From positions 1,184,001 to 1,248,000 of the forward strand of contig JBMNLH010000001.1 in the NCBI GenBank assembly GCA_050952625.1: 64,000 nucleotides of DNA, given 5' to 3'. A program made the position numbers and the translations under genes. The DNA is from Bacillota bacterium (GTDB lineage Bacteria; Bacillota; Ch66; Ch109). Positions 28,507 through 39,819 of this stretch are shown here, in pieces. Within the stretch, counting starts at the first letter, position 1. Each line of letters begins with the position of its first letter. The notes under the pieces were generated by a model that searched no databases, was not told the origin of the DNA, and saw only the letters and a program-made list of their open reading frames with translations.

Positions 28507-29811
28507 TTATCGCGTTGCTAAGGGAGCTGTTTCATGCAACAACCCAAAATAGCGAATCCGCGTTCTGGCCTCTGCCGTAATAATTGCTTGGGGAAACTGG
28601 GTTCCTAACCAATCATATTCGCGCCACTGCTGGATAGTTAAAAACTTATGTTTTACAATTTTTCCCAAATGCAGAATATCCGCCTGAAACTCGTTTTGTG
28701 CCCGGTCAATTATATCGGCCATAAAGCCTTCTAGTTGTTGATTAATTATGGCTTCTAAAATCAACCGGTTTGACTCCTCTTCGAAATCAACAGACAAATT
28801 CTGGTTGCCCAGCAAAGTGCCATGGAGGCGAACAATGATATGAATTCTCGGTACCGGCCCGCTTAAGTCGACTTGGAACTGGGGTGACCGGTAAGCAGTC
28901 AGGTTAAAGGCTAACATTTTGCTTGGATCAAAAGGGTCTTCGGCTGAAAGATTGGTTTCATTAAAAGTACCGCGAATCAGCATCAGCCCGGTCATTTGAT
29001 CCCCATTGATGTCACCCACGTAGCGGTCATTCTGAAAGACCGCAGCCCCAATTAATTCTACGTTATTGCCCCCACTGCGGGGAAGCTCCCCGGCGTAATA
29101 GGCCCCTTCACTAACCCATTCTTCACCGGTCACTGGGGGCCCTTCCCCTTGAGGTGTTTCCCGGCGCAAACCAACCATCAGACAAACTGGGTCAGCATCA
29201 TCAGCCTTGGCATCGTTGTAAAAATAGTGAAACTGTGGTTGAGCGGGAATAAAACCGGTAAACTGGGAAAAAGCGGTCACCATTTCCGCGTGCTTGGCCG
29301 GGTTCACCTCTAATACTCGATTGTTGTTTTCTAGCAACTCTCGAGCAGTGATGCCTCGACAGACCGCGATTAAGACCGAACGGCGAAACTCCGGGTAGCG
29401 GCCCATGACCCCCAGGTAAGTCATCATTCCTTCCCGGGCTAATTCTTCGGAAAAGACAATCACCTTGAGGTGTTTTAAAGATAAACGTCGGTCCAGAAAA
29501 ATATTCATCATGGTCATGGCAGCGGTAAAGGTCGGGGCTTCCACCGAGACGTTCGCGATCGATTGCCCATCGTTTTGCGGTGAGCCCATTCCGCCATCTC
29601 CGCCAGCGGCCCCGACAATTGCTCTAGGCTTTGCGATCTGAGCACTCCAGGTCAGCTTGTTTTCTACCCCACGGTCTAAACCCAGGAAAAGGATAAAACC
29701 GGTTTCATCTACCTCCTGATAGCTCCAACATCCTGAAAAGAAAGTAGGAAAAACGCAGATCAGTAACAATAGAGCCACGGTCCGCTTCTTTTTTGCCTTA
29801 AGTTTACTCAT
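28507..29811 (-). CDS. gerKC: Ger(x)C spore germination receptor lipoprotein
   Basis: Lipobox FSGC-W, LKVIVFSEELAREG, GAAVF, ADILHLG. Confidence 0.88.
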   Translation of the reverse strand: MSKLKAKKKRTVALLLLICVFPTFFSGCWSYQEVDETGFILFLGLDRGVENKLTWSAQIAKPRAIVGAAGGDGGMGSPQNDGQSIANVSVEAPTFTAAMTMMNIFLDRRLSLKHLKVIVFSEELAREGMMTYLGVMGRYPEFRRSVLIAVCRGITARELLENNNRVLEVNPAKHAEMVTAFSQFTGFIPAQPQFHYFYNDAKADDADPVCLMVGLRRETPQGEGPPVTGEEWVSEGAYYAGELPRSGGNNVELIGAAVFQNDRYVGDINGDQMTGLMLIRGTFNETNLSAEDPFDPSKMLAFNLTAYRSPQFQVDLSGPVPRIHIIVRLHGTLLGNQNLSVDFEEESNRLILEAIINQQLEGFMADIIDRAQNEFQADILHLGKIVKHKFLTIQQWREYDWLGTQFPQAIITAEARTRIRYFGLLHETAPLATR

Positions 29812-30928
29812 CCTGTTTCCCCTTTCCCTTTCCTGATTGCTTTGTCTGTTTTTTCGGTTGTTTCAGCTGGCAGATGATTAACATAACTGCTGGCAGCAGA
29901 AAAGCAATTATCCCGCTCCACCGCCAAGCCACATGCGTTGCTAAATGCGTCGCCTGATCAAGATCACTGGGCCAAAAGGCCAGAGAAAAGACAATTATCC
30001 CCAAGGGGACAATGAATGGTTTGTAATAGGGCAGTTTCAATAACTCAGCCAGAACAACACTTGATGTAAAAAAAAGAGCGATAAATTTGAGACAGATCGC
30101 AATCATCCAGAAAAAAGCAAAAAAAGCATCGATGCGCTGGAAGAATCTTCCTAAAGAAATTAACCGGGATGTTTGGACCACCGGGAAAATATTTTCGGTA
30201 ATCGCGGGAACGGAAAAGACCAGCAAGGTGATTAAAGCCGCTATCACATTAACTAATAGCCCCATTAGCAGGGGTTGATACCAGAAGCTCATCGGGGAAC
30301 TGGAAACCTTAATGGATGAGTAAAAAACTGCTAAAATAATAATCTCACTGAATAATCCGTGGAGCGATAAACCACCTTTCAGGATATCGCTGATGCCTGT
30401 ACCTAGTAGCGGGAATAGATTATTCCAGTTCCAAAAATTAGCACTCAAAAATAACGGTAATAATAGTCCCCCGATCACCACAGAACTAAAAACCAGAGAC
30501 ATTCGCCCCAGAGCTTCGAGACCGAGATAAGCTACTCCTAGACCGGCTAGAGTCATAAAAAGAGCGATCACCGGTGCCGGGGTATCCGGTAGATAAACCA
30601 GCGCGATTCGGTCCGCCTCAACCCGTAAAAACAGGGCACTGGCCAGGAGAAACGTGTTAAAGTAGAGTAATCCGACGCAGAAGCCCCCCGTCGGCCCCAA
30701 GACTTCTTGACCCACCCCTATCAGCCCCTTATCCGGATAATGAACCATTAAACGAGCGGGGAATAGGGTCCCAAGTGCGGCTAGTCCCCCGGCGACGATA
30801 ATGGCTAACCAGCCGGCACTCAAAGCGTAATCAGCCGCTATCGCTCCGGAAAACAAGGCATTTAAGGATATCATAATGGTAATTATACTCATGGCCTCAC
30901 GAGGGCCTATTTTACCTTGCTGGATCAT
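29804..30928 (-). CDS. gerKB: GerAB/KB-type germination permease
   Basis: About 10 TM helices, LPDTP, GLEALGR, FFQRIDA. Confidence 0.88.
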   Translation of the reverse strand: MIQQGKIGPREAMSIITIMISLNALFSGAIAADYALSAGWLAIIVAGGLAALGTLFPARLMVHYPDKGLIGVGQEVLGPTGGFCVGLLYFNTFLLASALFLRVEADRIALVYLPDTPAPVIALFMTLAGLGVAYLGLEALGRMSLVFSSVVIGGLLLPLFLSANFWNWNNLFPLLGTGISDILKGGLSLHGLFSEIIILAVFYSSIKVSSSPMSFWYQPLLMGLLVNVIAALITLLVFSVPAITENIFPVVQTSRLISLGRFFQRIDAFFAFFWMIAICLKFIALFFTSSVVLAELLKLPYYKPFIVPLGIIVFSLAFWPSDLDQATHLATHVAWRWSGIIAFLLPAVMLIICQLKQPKKQTKQSGKGKGKQDE

Positions 30929-33171
30929 TGTCTTTTCTCTCCCTCTTGATTATCCGGGTTTAGAATCCACTGTCGAGCGATCGGTGCTTGACGGTAGCGA
31001 TCCTGCGCGCTTGGAGCATCTAGCCGGCACTCTTGATTCCAGATCATGCTTTGCACCAGAATATCCTTGTTGCCCCTAGTGAAAGGTGCGACGGGGGCTA
31101 AATAAGGCACACCCATTGATTTAAGGTTACTGATTACGGCTACATGCACGACTACTCCGACCGCGATGCCGAATAAACCCATGGTTGCTCCCAAAAAAAC
31201 GTAAGCAAACCGGTAGAGACGGAGCGTAATGGACAGGGAGTAGGATGGAATGGAAAAAGAACTGATTCCGGTGATGGCAACAACAATGATAACGATAGGA
31301 TTGACCAAGTTGGCGGCTACTGCCGCTTGACCCAGGATAATTCCCCCGACGATTCCGAGAGTCGGGCCAATGATACCCGGGATGCGGACACCCGCCTCCC
31401 GAATCAACTCAAAAGCAAGCTCCATCAAGATAACCTCAACTACTGAGGGAAAAGGAACCCGTTCCCGGTTAGCCGCGATGGACAGTAGTAAATCAGTGGG
31501 GATCATTTCCTGATGAAACCCAACAATGGCCATGTATAACCCGGGCAAAAAAAGTAAAATAAGCGCGGCCATCAGGCGTACTGCCTTCAACATGGTCGCT
31601 CCTAATCCTCGTATACTGTGGTCCTCCGCAGTTTGCATCAGACTCCACAAGGATGAGGGAAAAACCAGAGCAAAGGGGTCGCCTTCCAGGAGAACTACGA
31701 CTTTTCCATCCAGCAAGGTGGCTGCAGCCCGATCCGGTCGTTCCGTAGCCATACTCAAAGGGTATATTCCCCAGGAGTTATCCTCAATATATTGCTCCAG
31801 GGCTCCGGTGCTGAGAACAGTATCAACCCGCAGTGATTGAATCCGACGTTTGATTTCTTGGACCAGATTAGGGTTAACCAGGTCTTGGATATACAGAAGG
31901 GCTAACTTATTTCGCGCCCGCAGTCCGACCGTAATATCCTCCTTAATCAAGAGTGGGTCGCGCAGGATGCTGCGGATCAAGGAGATATTGGTAGCCAGGT
32001 CCTCGTTGAAGGCATTCTGCGGTCCCCGGATAACCCGTTCGGAGACAGCTTGTTCCACTCCCCGGCGGGGCCAACCGCTGGTTTCAATCACCAGGGCCTG
32101 AGGAACTCCCTGGATGAAGAGGGCTGCAGCCCCGGAATTTATGGATTCGATGATATCGGAGAACTTTTCCCTTGTTTTCACCGCAGCTACTGGTAACAAG
32201 CGCTGTTTAATCAAACCGAGCAAGGGGGCTCCACTCTGAGCCGAACTTAGCTCAGACATTAGCATTAGCGGCTCAAAAATAGATTGCGCTAATCGACCGG
32301 GATCAGCTAGACCCTCGACATAGACCACAATTGCTTTAGTCGGCGGCTCAGTGCCTACCACAAACTCCCGGACAATTAAACCCGTATCTGTCGGCCAGTG
32401 AAAAGCTTCCCCAATATAGAATAAATTTTGCTCCAGATCGGCATATACTTGAAGGTCTTGAGCGGTGTTATCATTAGAGTTAGGACCGGTTGTTTTGTTC
32501 CCTTCTGGAGCAGAGGCCCTTTTAATTGAATGATTGCCCTTATTATTGCTACTAGTATTTTTGTTTTCCGAATTAATACTATTTGACTGTTTAGATGTCG
32601 TGCCTTGATTGGACTGCCGGTGCTGACGGTGTTGTCGACGACTACGCGAACCCGAACCGGGTTGGTCTCCTTTGGAACTGCTTGGTGATTCGGTGCTTTT
32701 TTGTCCGGATTTGGAGTCTCCCGAACTAGCTCGAGATTCACCGGCAGCTTGTTTTTGCTTAAGCTGGTCGGATACTTTTTTCACTAGCTCCACGGTAATT
32801 GGGTCGCCAATTTTGGCAGCCCGGGTCGGCCGACGTGCCAACCGATAGCCGGGCCCTGGTTGACGGACCGATGTAGAAGCCGCTTGAGTATCATGGTCTT
32901 GTTTCTGCTGACCAGGCGGCGGTTGATTAGGGTTTTGTTGATTCGAACCACCAGTCTCCGCATGAGTTTTGGCTGGTTGACTATCTTGAGTTGAACCGCT
33001 ATTTGATTGAGTTGTATTTGTTATTGGCGGTTGTTTCTGGTCTGCGGTTTGCTCGGCGGTTTCTTTGTTTCCTTCTGGTTGGTCATCAACAGATTCCAGC
33101 AACTCAAAAGGCTGGGCTTGATCCGGTTCTTGAAAAGTAAGAATTTTAGCCAACGTTTGCCAAAAACCCAA
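30925..33171 (-). CDS. gerKA: GerA/KA germination receptor subunit with a long N-terminal disordered insert
   Basis: IRGPQNAF, TERPD, RERVPFP, ELIREAGVRIP motifs. Confidence 0.92.
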   Translation of the reverse strand: MGFWQTLAKILTFQEPDQAQPFELLESVDDQPEGNKETAEQTADQKQPPITNTTQSNSGSTQDSQPAKTHAETGGSNQQNPNQPPPGQQKQDHDTQAASTSVRQPGPGYRLARRPTRAAKIGDPITVELVKKVSDQLKQKQAAGESRASSGDSKSGQKSTESPSSSKGDQPGSGSRSRRQHRQHRQSNQGTTSKQSNSINSENKNTSSNNKGNHSIKRASAPEGNKTTGPNSNDNTAQDLQVYADLEQNLFYIGEAFHWPTDTGLIVREFVVGTEPPTKAIVVYVEGLADPGRLAQSIFEPLMLMSELSSAQSGAPLLGLIKQRLLPVAAVKTREKFSDIIESINSGAAALFIQGVPQALVIETSGWPRRGVEQAVSERVIRGPQNAFNEDLATNISLIRSILRDPLLIKEDITVGLRARNKLALLYIQDLVNPNLVQEIKRRIQSLRVDTVLSTGALEQYIEDNSWGIYPLSMATERPDRAAATLLDGKVVVLLEGDPFALVFPSSLWSLMQTAEDHSIRGLGATMLKAVRLMAALILLFLPGLYMAIVGFHQEMIPTDLLLSIAANRERVPFPSVVEVILMELAFELIREAGVRIPGIIGPTLGIVGGIILGQAAVAANLVNPIVIIVVAITGISSFSIPSYSLSITLRLYRFAYVFLGATMGLFGIAVGVVVHVAVISNLKSMGVPYLAPVAPFTRGNKDILVQSMIWNQECRLDAPSAQDRYRQAPIARQWILNPDNQEGEKRQ

Positions 33172-33203
33172 AGATTATCCCCCCTCGGGATAAAAGTTTA
33201 CTT

Positions 33204-33234
33204 TAGTTGTTTCCCAAAGAGTGAATCAGTATCC
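33204..33234 (-). promoter_or_regulatory. SigG/SigF-like promoter of the ger operon
   Basis: GGATA..GGAAACAACTA, approximate match to forespore consensus. Confidence 0.4.
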
Positions 33235-33335
33235 AAAAAATGACCAAGCAAGGAAGAACAAAAAAGGCACCACCGGCGATATAACCAGTGCTGCCTTTCA
33301 AGACAGATTGTTCGTTTATCGTTAACAGACTATCA

Positions 33336-34412
33336 TTATAACTCATTCATTTTTCTGATTATGGCATCAGCCATTTCCGCTGTCCCGACAGCAGTGGGGT
33401 CATTGCGATCTAGTTTAAGATCATAGGTGACATCTTTCCCTTCGGCAATAACCGCCATTACTGCTTGTTCCAGTTTATCAGCTGCCTCGGCTTCGCCCAA
33501 ATGGCGCAACATAAGCATCCCGGACAAAATAACGGCAGTCGGGTTAACCTTGTTGAGGCCTTTATATTTGGGGGCTGAGCCATGGGTGGCTTCAAAGACA
33601 GCAGCCTCGTCACCGATGTTGGCTCCCGGAGCGACACCCAGCCCGCCGACCAACCCGGCACAAAGGTCAGATAAAATATCGCCGTAGAGATTCTCCATAA
33701 CCAGGACATCAAAGGCCTCCGGCCGCTGCACTAATTGCATGCACATGGCATCGACCAGCCATTCTTCGTACTCAATCTGTCCTGCATAGTCTCGGGCTAC
33801 TTCTTGAGCTGCCCGATAGAAAAGACCGTCCGTGAATTTCATAATATTGGCCTTAGCCACCGCGGTCACTTTTTTCCGGCCATTGCGGACTGCATAGTCA
33901 AAAGCGTAGCGAACGATCTTTTTGGATGCTTCCAATGAAATAGGTTTGATGGAGATCGCGGAATCGTTTTTAATTTTGCCATTACTCATGGCCATAATCT
34001 GACGGGCTTCCGCGCTTCCCAGGTCAAATTCAACACCGGCATAAAGATCTTCGCTGTTTTCCCGGACAATAACTAGGTCAATGTCTGAGTAGCGAGACCT
34101 CACTCCAGGGTAGCTTTTACAGGGACGGACACAGGCGTAGAGGTTAAGGGCATGTCGCAAAGCAACATTAACACTACGAAATCCCGTGCCAATCGGGGTG
34201 GTTATGGGTCCCTTTAAGGCGACGCGGTTGCGACGAACACTTTCCAGGACTTGATCAGGCAGGGGGGTGCCGTATTTTTCCATAATATCTACCCCAGCCT
34301 CCTGGATTTCCCAGTCTATATTAACCCCCGTTGCATCAATCACTCTTTTGGCTGCTGCGATTAATTCAGGTCCTGTTCCATCACCAGGAATCAAGGTTAC
34401 TGTGTGTGCCAA
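33336..34412 (-). CDS. icd: Isocitrate dehydrogenase (isocitrate/isopropylmalate dehydrogenase family)
   Basis: [47 protein letters not shown]. Confidence 0.85.
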   Translation of the reverse strand: MAHTVTLIPGDGTGPELIAAAKRVIDATGVNIDWEIQEAGVDIMEKYGTPLPDQVLESVRRNRVALKGPITTPIGTGFRSVNVALRHALNLYACVRPCKSYPGVRSRYSDIDLVIVRENSEDLYAGVEFDLGSAEARQIMAMSNGKIKNDSAISIKPISLEASKKIVRYAFDYAVRNGRKKVTAVAKANIMKFTDGLFYRAAQEVARDYAGQIEYEEWLVDAMCMQLVQRPEAFDVLVMENLYGDILSDLCAGLVGGLGVAPGANIGDEAAVFEATHGSAPKYKGLNKVNPTAVILSGMLMLRHLGEAEAADKLEQAVMAVIAEGKDVTYDLKLDRNDPTAVGTAEMADAIIRKMNEL

Positions 34413-34558
34413 CTAACTTCTCTCCCTTCGCCACATTATTTGTTATAACTACTATTGTCATCATCCTTCGGCTGACAATTATCATAATACCATAAAATTT
34501 GTGAATGGGAGGGAAAAAAATAAAAAACCTCCATGCTGGAGGCTGTTGTTCGCTCTTA

Positions 34559-34633
34559 TGGTGCGCCCGACAGGAATCGAACCTGTGCTCCTGGCTCCGG
34601 AGGCCAGTGCTCTATCCCCTGAGCTACGGGCGC
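34559..34633 (-). tRNA. tRNA-Arg (anticodon CCG)
   Basis: Full cloverleaf; anticodon arm CTGGC-CTCCGGA-GCCAG; TTCGA loop; encoded CCA. Confidence 0.96.
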
Positions 34634-34634
34634 T

Positions 34635-34708
34635 TGGAGCGGGTGATGGGAATCGAACCCACGCAACTAGCTTGGAAGGCTAGGGCTCTACCATTGAGCT
34701 ACACCCGC
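34635..34708 (-). tRNA. tRNA-Gly (anticodon TCC)
   Basis: Full cloverleaf; anticodon arm CTAGC-CTTCCAA-GCTAG; encoded CCA. Confidence 0.96.
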
Positions 34709-34720
34709 AAACGCAAGTGA

Positions 34721-34749
34721 ATTATAGCATATGAATAATCTAAAGTCAA
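34721..34749 (-). promoter_or_regulatory. SigA promoter of the tRNA-Gly/Arg pair
   Basis: TTGACT-17 nt-TATAAT with extended TG. Confidence 0.85.
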
Positions 34750-34753
34750 AGGG

Positions 34754-36285
34754 TTAGTTTGATTTTTTTGAGTTGGCACGTAGGATGGAGATGCCGGCCG
34801 CAATTGTACTAATGACAGCGGCTACTTGAAACACCCGAGCAATTGAAGCCGCATAAACTTCTCGGCTTAATTCCACGGTAGTGCAGGTAGGAGTCGAAAG
34901 GGAATAGGACTAAGGAAAAGTACGCAAAGACAGCGGAAGACAGGGTTACTCCCAGAACCATGCCTAAATTGCGTCCAGTAGCGACAACTCCGCCAGCGAT
35001 CCCTAGCTTAAATAGAGGAACTGAACCCATGACTGAACTATTATTTGGGGCATTAAACAATGACATTCCTAATCCATAGATACCTAACCCCACAACAACT
35101 TTAGCAATTAAGGCTGACGAGCCTAACAATGATAAATTGATCAGAGCAAAGGTGGTGATAATGAGACCAAGGCAGGTAAGTGTTTGATAACCAATTCGAT
35201 CAGATAACCAGCCGGCAGTAGGTGAGACAACTGCCATAGTCAAAGGAATGGCGGTCATAATCAGACCCATTTGCTGCGGGGTTAACAAAAGGGAACCTGC
35301 CCCAGGTAAAAGGGGATCCAGAAGGAGACAAAGAAAGACACCATATAAGCCAAGACAGAGGCTGAAATACCGCTGGCGAAGGTCCAATTTTGAAATAGAT
35401 TTAAATCTAGCAGGGGCAATTTAACCCTTTTTTCTCGATAGATGAATAAAAAAAGCAAGTTGAGACCCGCAATGCCAGAGATAAGCGTCAGCGGATTTTG
35501 CCAACCCCAGGTCGGGCCCTGCCCTAAACTAAGCAGGAATAAGATAATACCTGAGGCAAATAAGGCAAAGCCAAGCAGATCAAGCTGATGACGTAGTTGA
35601 ATGACTTGAGATATGAGTCTCTGAATCCGGCCGGTAGGACCGGTTTCTTGATCCATTATAAACTGGTTAGTTTGACCAAGTGAATGATTCGGCAGGTAAC
35701 GGTAAGCTAAGTAGAAGCCAATGACCCCCAAAAAAACGTTGAGGTAAAAAATTTTTGACCAATCCCACGTTCCGACAATAAAGCCGCCGAGGATCGGCCC
35801 GGTAAGGGTGCCTAAGGCCACGACTGTCCCGGTGGTCCCTCAGAGCCTGACCACGTTGACTGGGAGGAAAAGAGGCTGTTACAATCCCCATGCCGGTCGA
35901 CATCAACATCGAAGCTCCTATTGCCTGAAAAGCCCGACACAAGGCCAGGAGCCACACATTTCCAGCCTGACTGCAAAGGCCAGAACCAATAGCAAATATC
36001 AGAAAACCGGTGGAATATACCGGCTTGCCCCCAATCAAATCACCGATGCGGCCAAATAAGAGTAGGGTCGCTGTAATGCATAATAAATAGGCAGTAACTA
36101 CCCATTGAGCAGTCTGGGGAAGGATTCCCCATCGTCACAGCAATCGAAGGAGTAGCGATGTTTACCATGCTTCCATCCATACAGGAGATAAAAATACCAA
36201 CGGAAACTACCATTAAAACCATCCATTTGTTGGCGTAGGGTTCAGTTTTTGGTGACTGGCTTAGCCTTGCTGATTCATAATTCAC
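34754..36285 (-). pseudogene. DHA2/EmrB-QacA-type 14-TM MFS transporter with four frameshifts (pseudogene or sequencing error)
   Basis: Consecutive MFS motifs lie in shifting frames: MDGSMVNIA / QWVVTAYLL..FGRIGDLIG / GPILGG / GWLSDRIG / final TM ending at 34754. Confidence 0.8.
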
Positions 36286-36528
36286 GGGCTTACCTCCAGT
36301 ACTTTTGGATATTTGGCAAGAGGAATTCCTACTTTAGTTTAGCAGACCAGCTAGCATCTGGTAAGTCTAAACTTAGAATCGAGGTAAAAGTCAACAAGCC
36401 TTGTCCCGATTTATCGGCGCCTCCACTTTTTTAAGCCCGCAGGGCAAGGAGAGGTCAGCCTGAAGCCGACGCGGTGCGTTCCTGTCTAGGGTGTGCCCGA
36501 GCAAAATAAGGCATAGGATCTGTTAAGT

Positions 36529-36564
36529 AAAAAGAGAAACCCGGTTAACGTTCCTGGGTTTCTC
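36529..36564 (-). terminator. Terminator of ahcY
   Basis: GAGAAACCC/GGGTTTCTC stem plus T-tract on the minus strand. Confidence 0.75.
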
Positions 36565-36607
36565 ATCATCGGTATTACTTTAGCTATGGGGCCCTGCCAA
36601 TTAGTGA

Positions 36608-37874
36608 CTACTGCCAACTAGCCAGATATTTTTCCTGTTCTGGGGTTAGACGGTCAATTTGTATCCCGCGACTCTGTAGACGGAGGTGAGCCACCAGTTG
36701 ATCTATTTCGGCTGGCACCTTGATGATTCGAGGTTCTAACCGACCAGCATTTTCAGCCAGATAACGAGCGGAAAGGGCCTGTAGTGAGAAGCTAGTGTCC
36801 ATCACTTCCGCTGGATGGCCGTCACCCGCGGCTAGGTTAACCAGCCGACCCTGAGCTAGAAGATAAACTCGACGACCATCGGGAAACACAAATTCCTCAA
36901 TATTGTTCCGAACAGTTCTGGTAGATATAGCTAAAGATGCCAGGTCTGACTTATTTATTTCCACATCAAAATGACCGGCATTGGCCAGAATTGCTTTGTC
37001 CTTGATTACTTCCAGGTGTTCCCGCCGGATTACGCTAACATTACCGGTTACAGTTATGAAAAAGTCACCCTGCGGAGCGGCTGCTAAAAGGGGCATAACT
37101 TCAAAACCATCCATCAAGGCTTCGTTCGCTTTAATCGGATCAATTTCCGTCACGATAATCCGGGCTCCCAAACCCATTCGCCCGCATCGCTACTCCTTTA
37201 CCACACCAGCCATAACCGACAACGACCACGGTCTTACCGGCTATCACCAGATTAGTGGTTCGCATTATCCCATCCCAGACAGACTGTCCAGTTCCGTAAC
37301 GATTGTCAAAAAGATATTTCATTAAAGCATCATTAACTGCGATCATCGGAAACCGAAGCAGTCCGTCTCTTTCCATTGACCGAAGTCTGACTAGGCCTGT
37401 AGTAGTTTCTTCACAACCGCCAACTACCTCTGTAACCTGCTCGGGTCTTTCGGTGTGTAATAGAGTTACGACATCACCCCCGTCATCAATGATGATTTCG
37501 GGGTGATAATCCAGGGCCCGGTGAATATTAGCGAAGTACTCTTCAGTAGTAGAACCATGCCAGGCAAAAGCTCGTACACCACTGGCTACAAGCCCGGCCA
37601 CTACATCATCTTGAGTGGAAAGAGGGTTGCTGGCTACTACAGTAACATCAGCCCCGGCGGCTAACAGGGTCAAAGCAAGGTAAGCTGTTTTGGCCTCAAG
37701 ATGGAGACAAAGCAAAATGCGTCGACCAGCAAGGGGCTTCTCCTGAGAAAACCGACGATACAACTCGTTCAAAATCGGCATATGCATTTTAACCCATTCA
37801 ATCTTTAGTAAACCTTCGGGCGCAAGACCAAGATCTCGAATAAGTGATTGTTGGCTAATTGTTTCATGCTTCAT
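36608..37874 (-). CDS. ahcY: Adenosylhomocysteinase, split by one frameshift near 37175
   Basis: [45 protein letters not shown] | [23 protein letters not shown]. Confidence 0.92.
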
Positions 37875-37991
37875 TGGCTGTTTTATTACCTGCCTTTCTT
37901 TCCAGACATAACTTTTCTTAAACTTGTCCCTAATACTATTTCATTATATTTTAACATAAACAACAGTCGATTTTTTCTTTTCTTATTTTTG

Positions 37992-38019
37992 GAAGGAAAT
38001 TTAAAGCTTAAGAGCGAAT
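37992..38019 (+). promoter_or_regulatory. SigH-like promoter of the glycogen operon
   Basis: GAAGGA-AAT..18 nt..GCGAAT. Confidence 0.6.
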
Positions 38020-38096
38020 AGAATAGTGAAGTCGCTAGGCTCCGGCTCCTAATCAAAATTTCCTATGCTTATGCAGTGAAAGGAGGAGGTTATTGT

Positions 38097-39336
38097 TTGG
38101 TCGACCTAACCAAAGTATTAGCGGTGGTACTAGCTGGTGGCGAAGGTAGTCGGTTATTTCCTCTGACCGAACAACGAGCCAAACCGGCCGTTCCGTTTGG
38201 AGGTAAATACCGTATTATAGACTTTACTCTAAGTAACTGTATAAACTCTGGACTTCGAAGAGTAATGGTCTTAACTCAGTACAAGTCTCACTCTTTAGAA
38301 AGACATATTCGTTATTCCTGGGGATTTTTGAGTGGATGTCTTGGAGAATATATTTATCCTATTCCACCGCAACAAAGGGTTAACAAAAATTGGTATTTAG
38401 GCACTGCTGATGCGATTTTCCAAAACCTATATTCTATCCGAATGGCGAATCCTAGCTATGTGATCATTCTGGCCGGAGATCACGTTTATAAAATGGACTA
38501 TCGGCATATGCTTAATTATCATATTAGATCTGGAGCGGAGATTACCATCGGGACGATCGAAGTAGATAAGTCAGAAGCACCAAATTTTGGAGTAGTTAAA
38601 ATAGACTCCAACAGCGGCATTACTGGCTTTCTGGAGAAGCCCAAAGATCCGGCGATATTGGACCAATTACCACAAAAGGTATTGGTTTCAATGGGCATCT
38701 ATGTATTTCATATCAATAGCTTGATTGAATGGGTAGAAAAAGATGCAGCCAACCTGCAATCTGACCACGACTTTGGCAAAAACGTTATCCCTCAAATGCT
38801 GGAAGCCGGCAGAAGAGTATTTGCTTACCAGTTTCGGCAACCGAACAGTGATCAACCGCCTTATTGGAGAGATGTAGGGACCTTAGATGCTTACTATGAG
38901 GCAAATATGGACCTGGTTTCCGTGTTGCCATCCTTAAACCTTTACGATCCGGAGTGGCCATTTCGGACTTTTCAGGAACAGGTACCGCCGGCTAAATTTT
39001 TATTTAGTGAATCAGATACTGGTCGAATCGGGGACCGCGATTGATTCAATTGTGTGCGATGGTTGTATTATCAGCGGCGGAAAGGTAGTTCATTCCGTTC
39101 TTTCCCCGAATGTTCGGGTCAATAGCTACGCGGATGTTCGGGATTCAGTGATTATGTCGGGGGTTCAGATTGGTAGAAACAGCCGAATTCAAAGAGCTGT
39201 AATTGACAAAAATGTACGGATCCCCCCCAATTCAGTCATTGGTTATAATCCCGAGCAAGACGCCAAGCGATTTACAATAAGTGATTCAGGTGTTGTGTTT
39301 ATTCGAAAAGGAACTATTGTTGATGATTCGGGCTAA
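38097..39336 (+). CDS. glgC: Glucose-1-phosphate adenylyltransferase, split by one frameshift at 39030-39033
   Basis: [40 protein letters not shown]; the beta-helix domain continues in the next frame. Confidence 0.92.
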
Positions 39337-39379
39337 ACTGGAACATTCAATAATTGAGGATTATGCGGGGGTTTTGAAG

Positions 39380-39808
39380 ATGTTTTCCACTAGCCTATCG
39401 GAAAATCTAGGTCCAGAACTACCAGAGAGTTACGGAAGAGACTACCTGGTAGTTTTGATGTGTAATCCAAATAAAGTTTTTGTTTTCTGGGAATCAAGTG
39501 TGCCTGGATTATCTTTAGCTTTACGCCGACGACCAATTGACCGGAACTCATCTGACGAGTTGCTAATCCTTGATAATCTAACTGAGAATCATCAGATGGG
39601 TCGTATCTATCTGGAGGTTCCATCGGGTAATTGCTTAAGGTTGGAATTAGGGGTATGGAAAGAAGGGAACTTTGATTCTCATATTATAAGCAATACCATA
39701 TTGCTCCCAGAATGTAAGGGAATTAGACCTGAGCTAACTGATAATAATCAAATTAAGTTGTATTTGATTATCCCTTGCATAATTTTAAAAAAGTTTAAAT
39801 TAAAGTAG
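39380..39808 (+). CDS. DUF4912-like protein
   Basis: ELPESYGRDYLVVLMCNP..VFVFWE motif; lies just upstream of GH57. Confidence 0.6.
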   Translation: MFSTSLSENLGPELPESYGRDYLVVLMCNPNKVFVFWESSVPGLSLALRRRPIDRNSSDELLILDNLTENHQMGRIYLEVPSGNCLRLELGVWKEGNFDSHIISNTILLPECKGIRPELTDNNQIKLYLIIPCIILKKFKLK

Positions 39809-39819
39809 ATATCAGGAGG

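Noticed and set aside
34500-34720. Short plus-strand ORFs and a possible integration site at the tRNAs
   Set aside because: The ORFs are antisense to tRNA genes; no integrase or duplicated tRNA 3' end, and a terminator follows directly
37140-39044. Programmed frameshifting in ahcY or glgC
   Set aside because: No slippery heptamer or stimulatory structure seen; clustering with four shifts in the MFS gene points to sequence error
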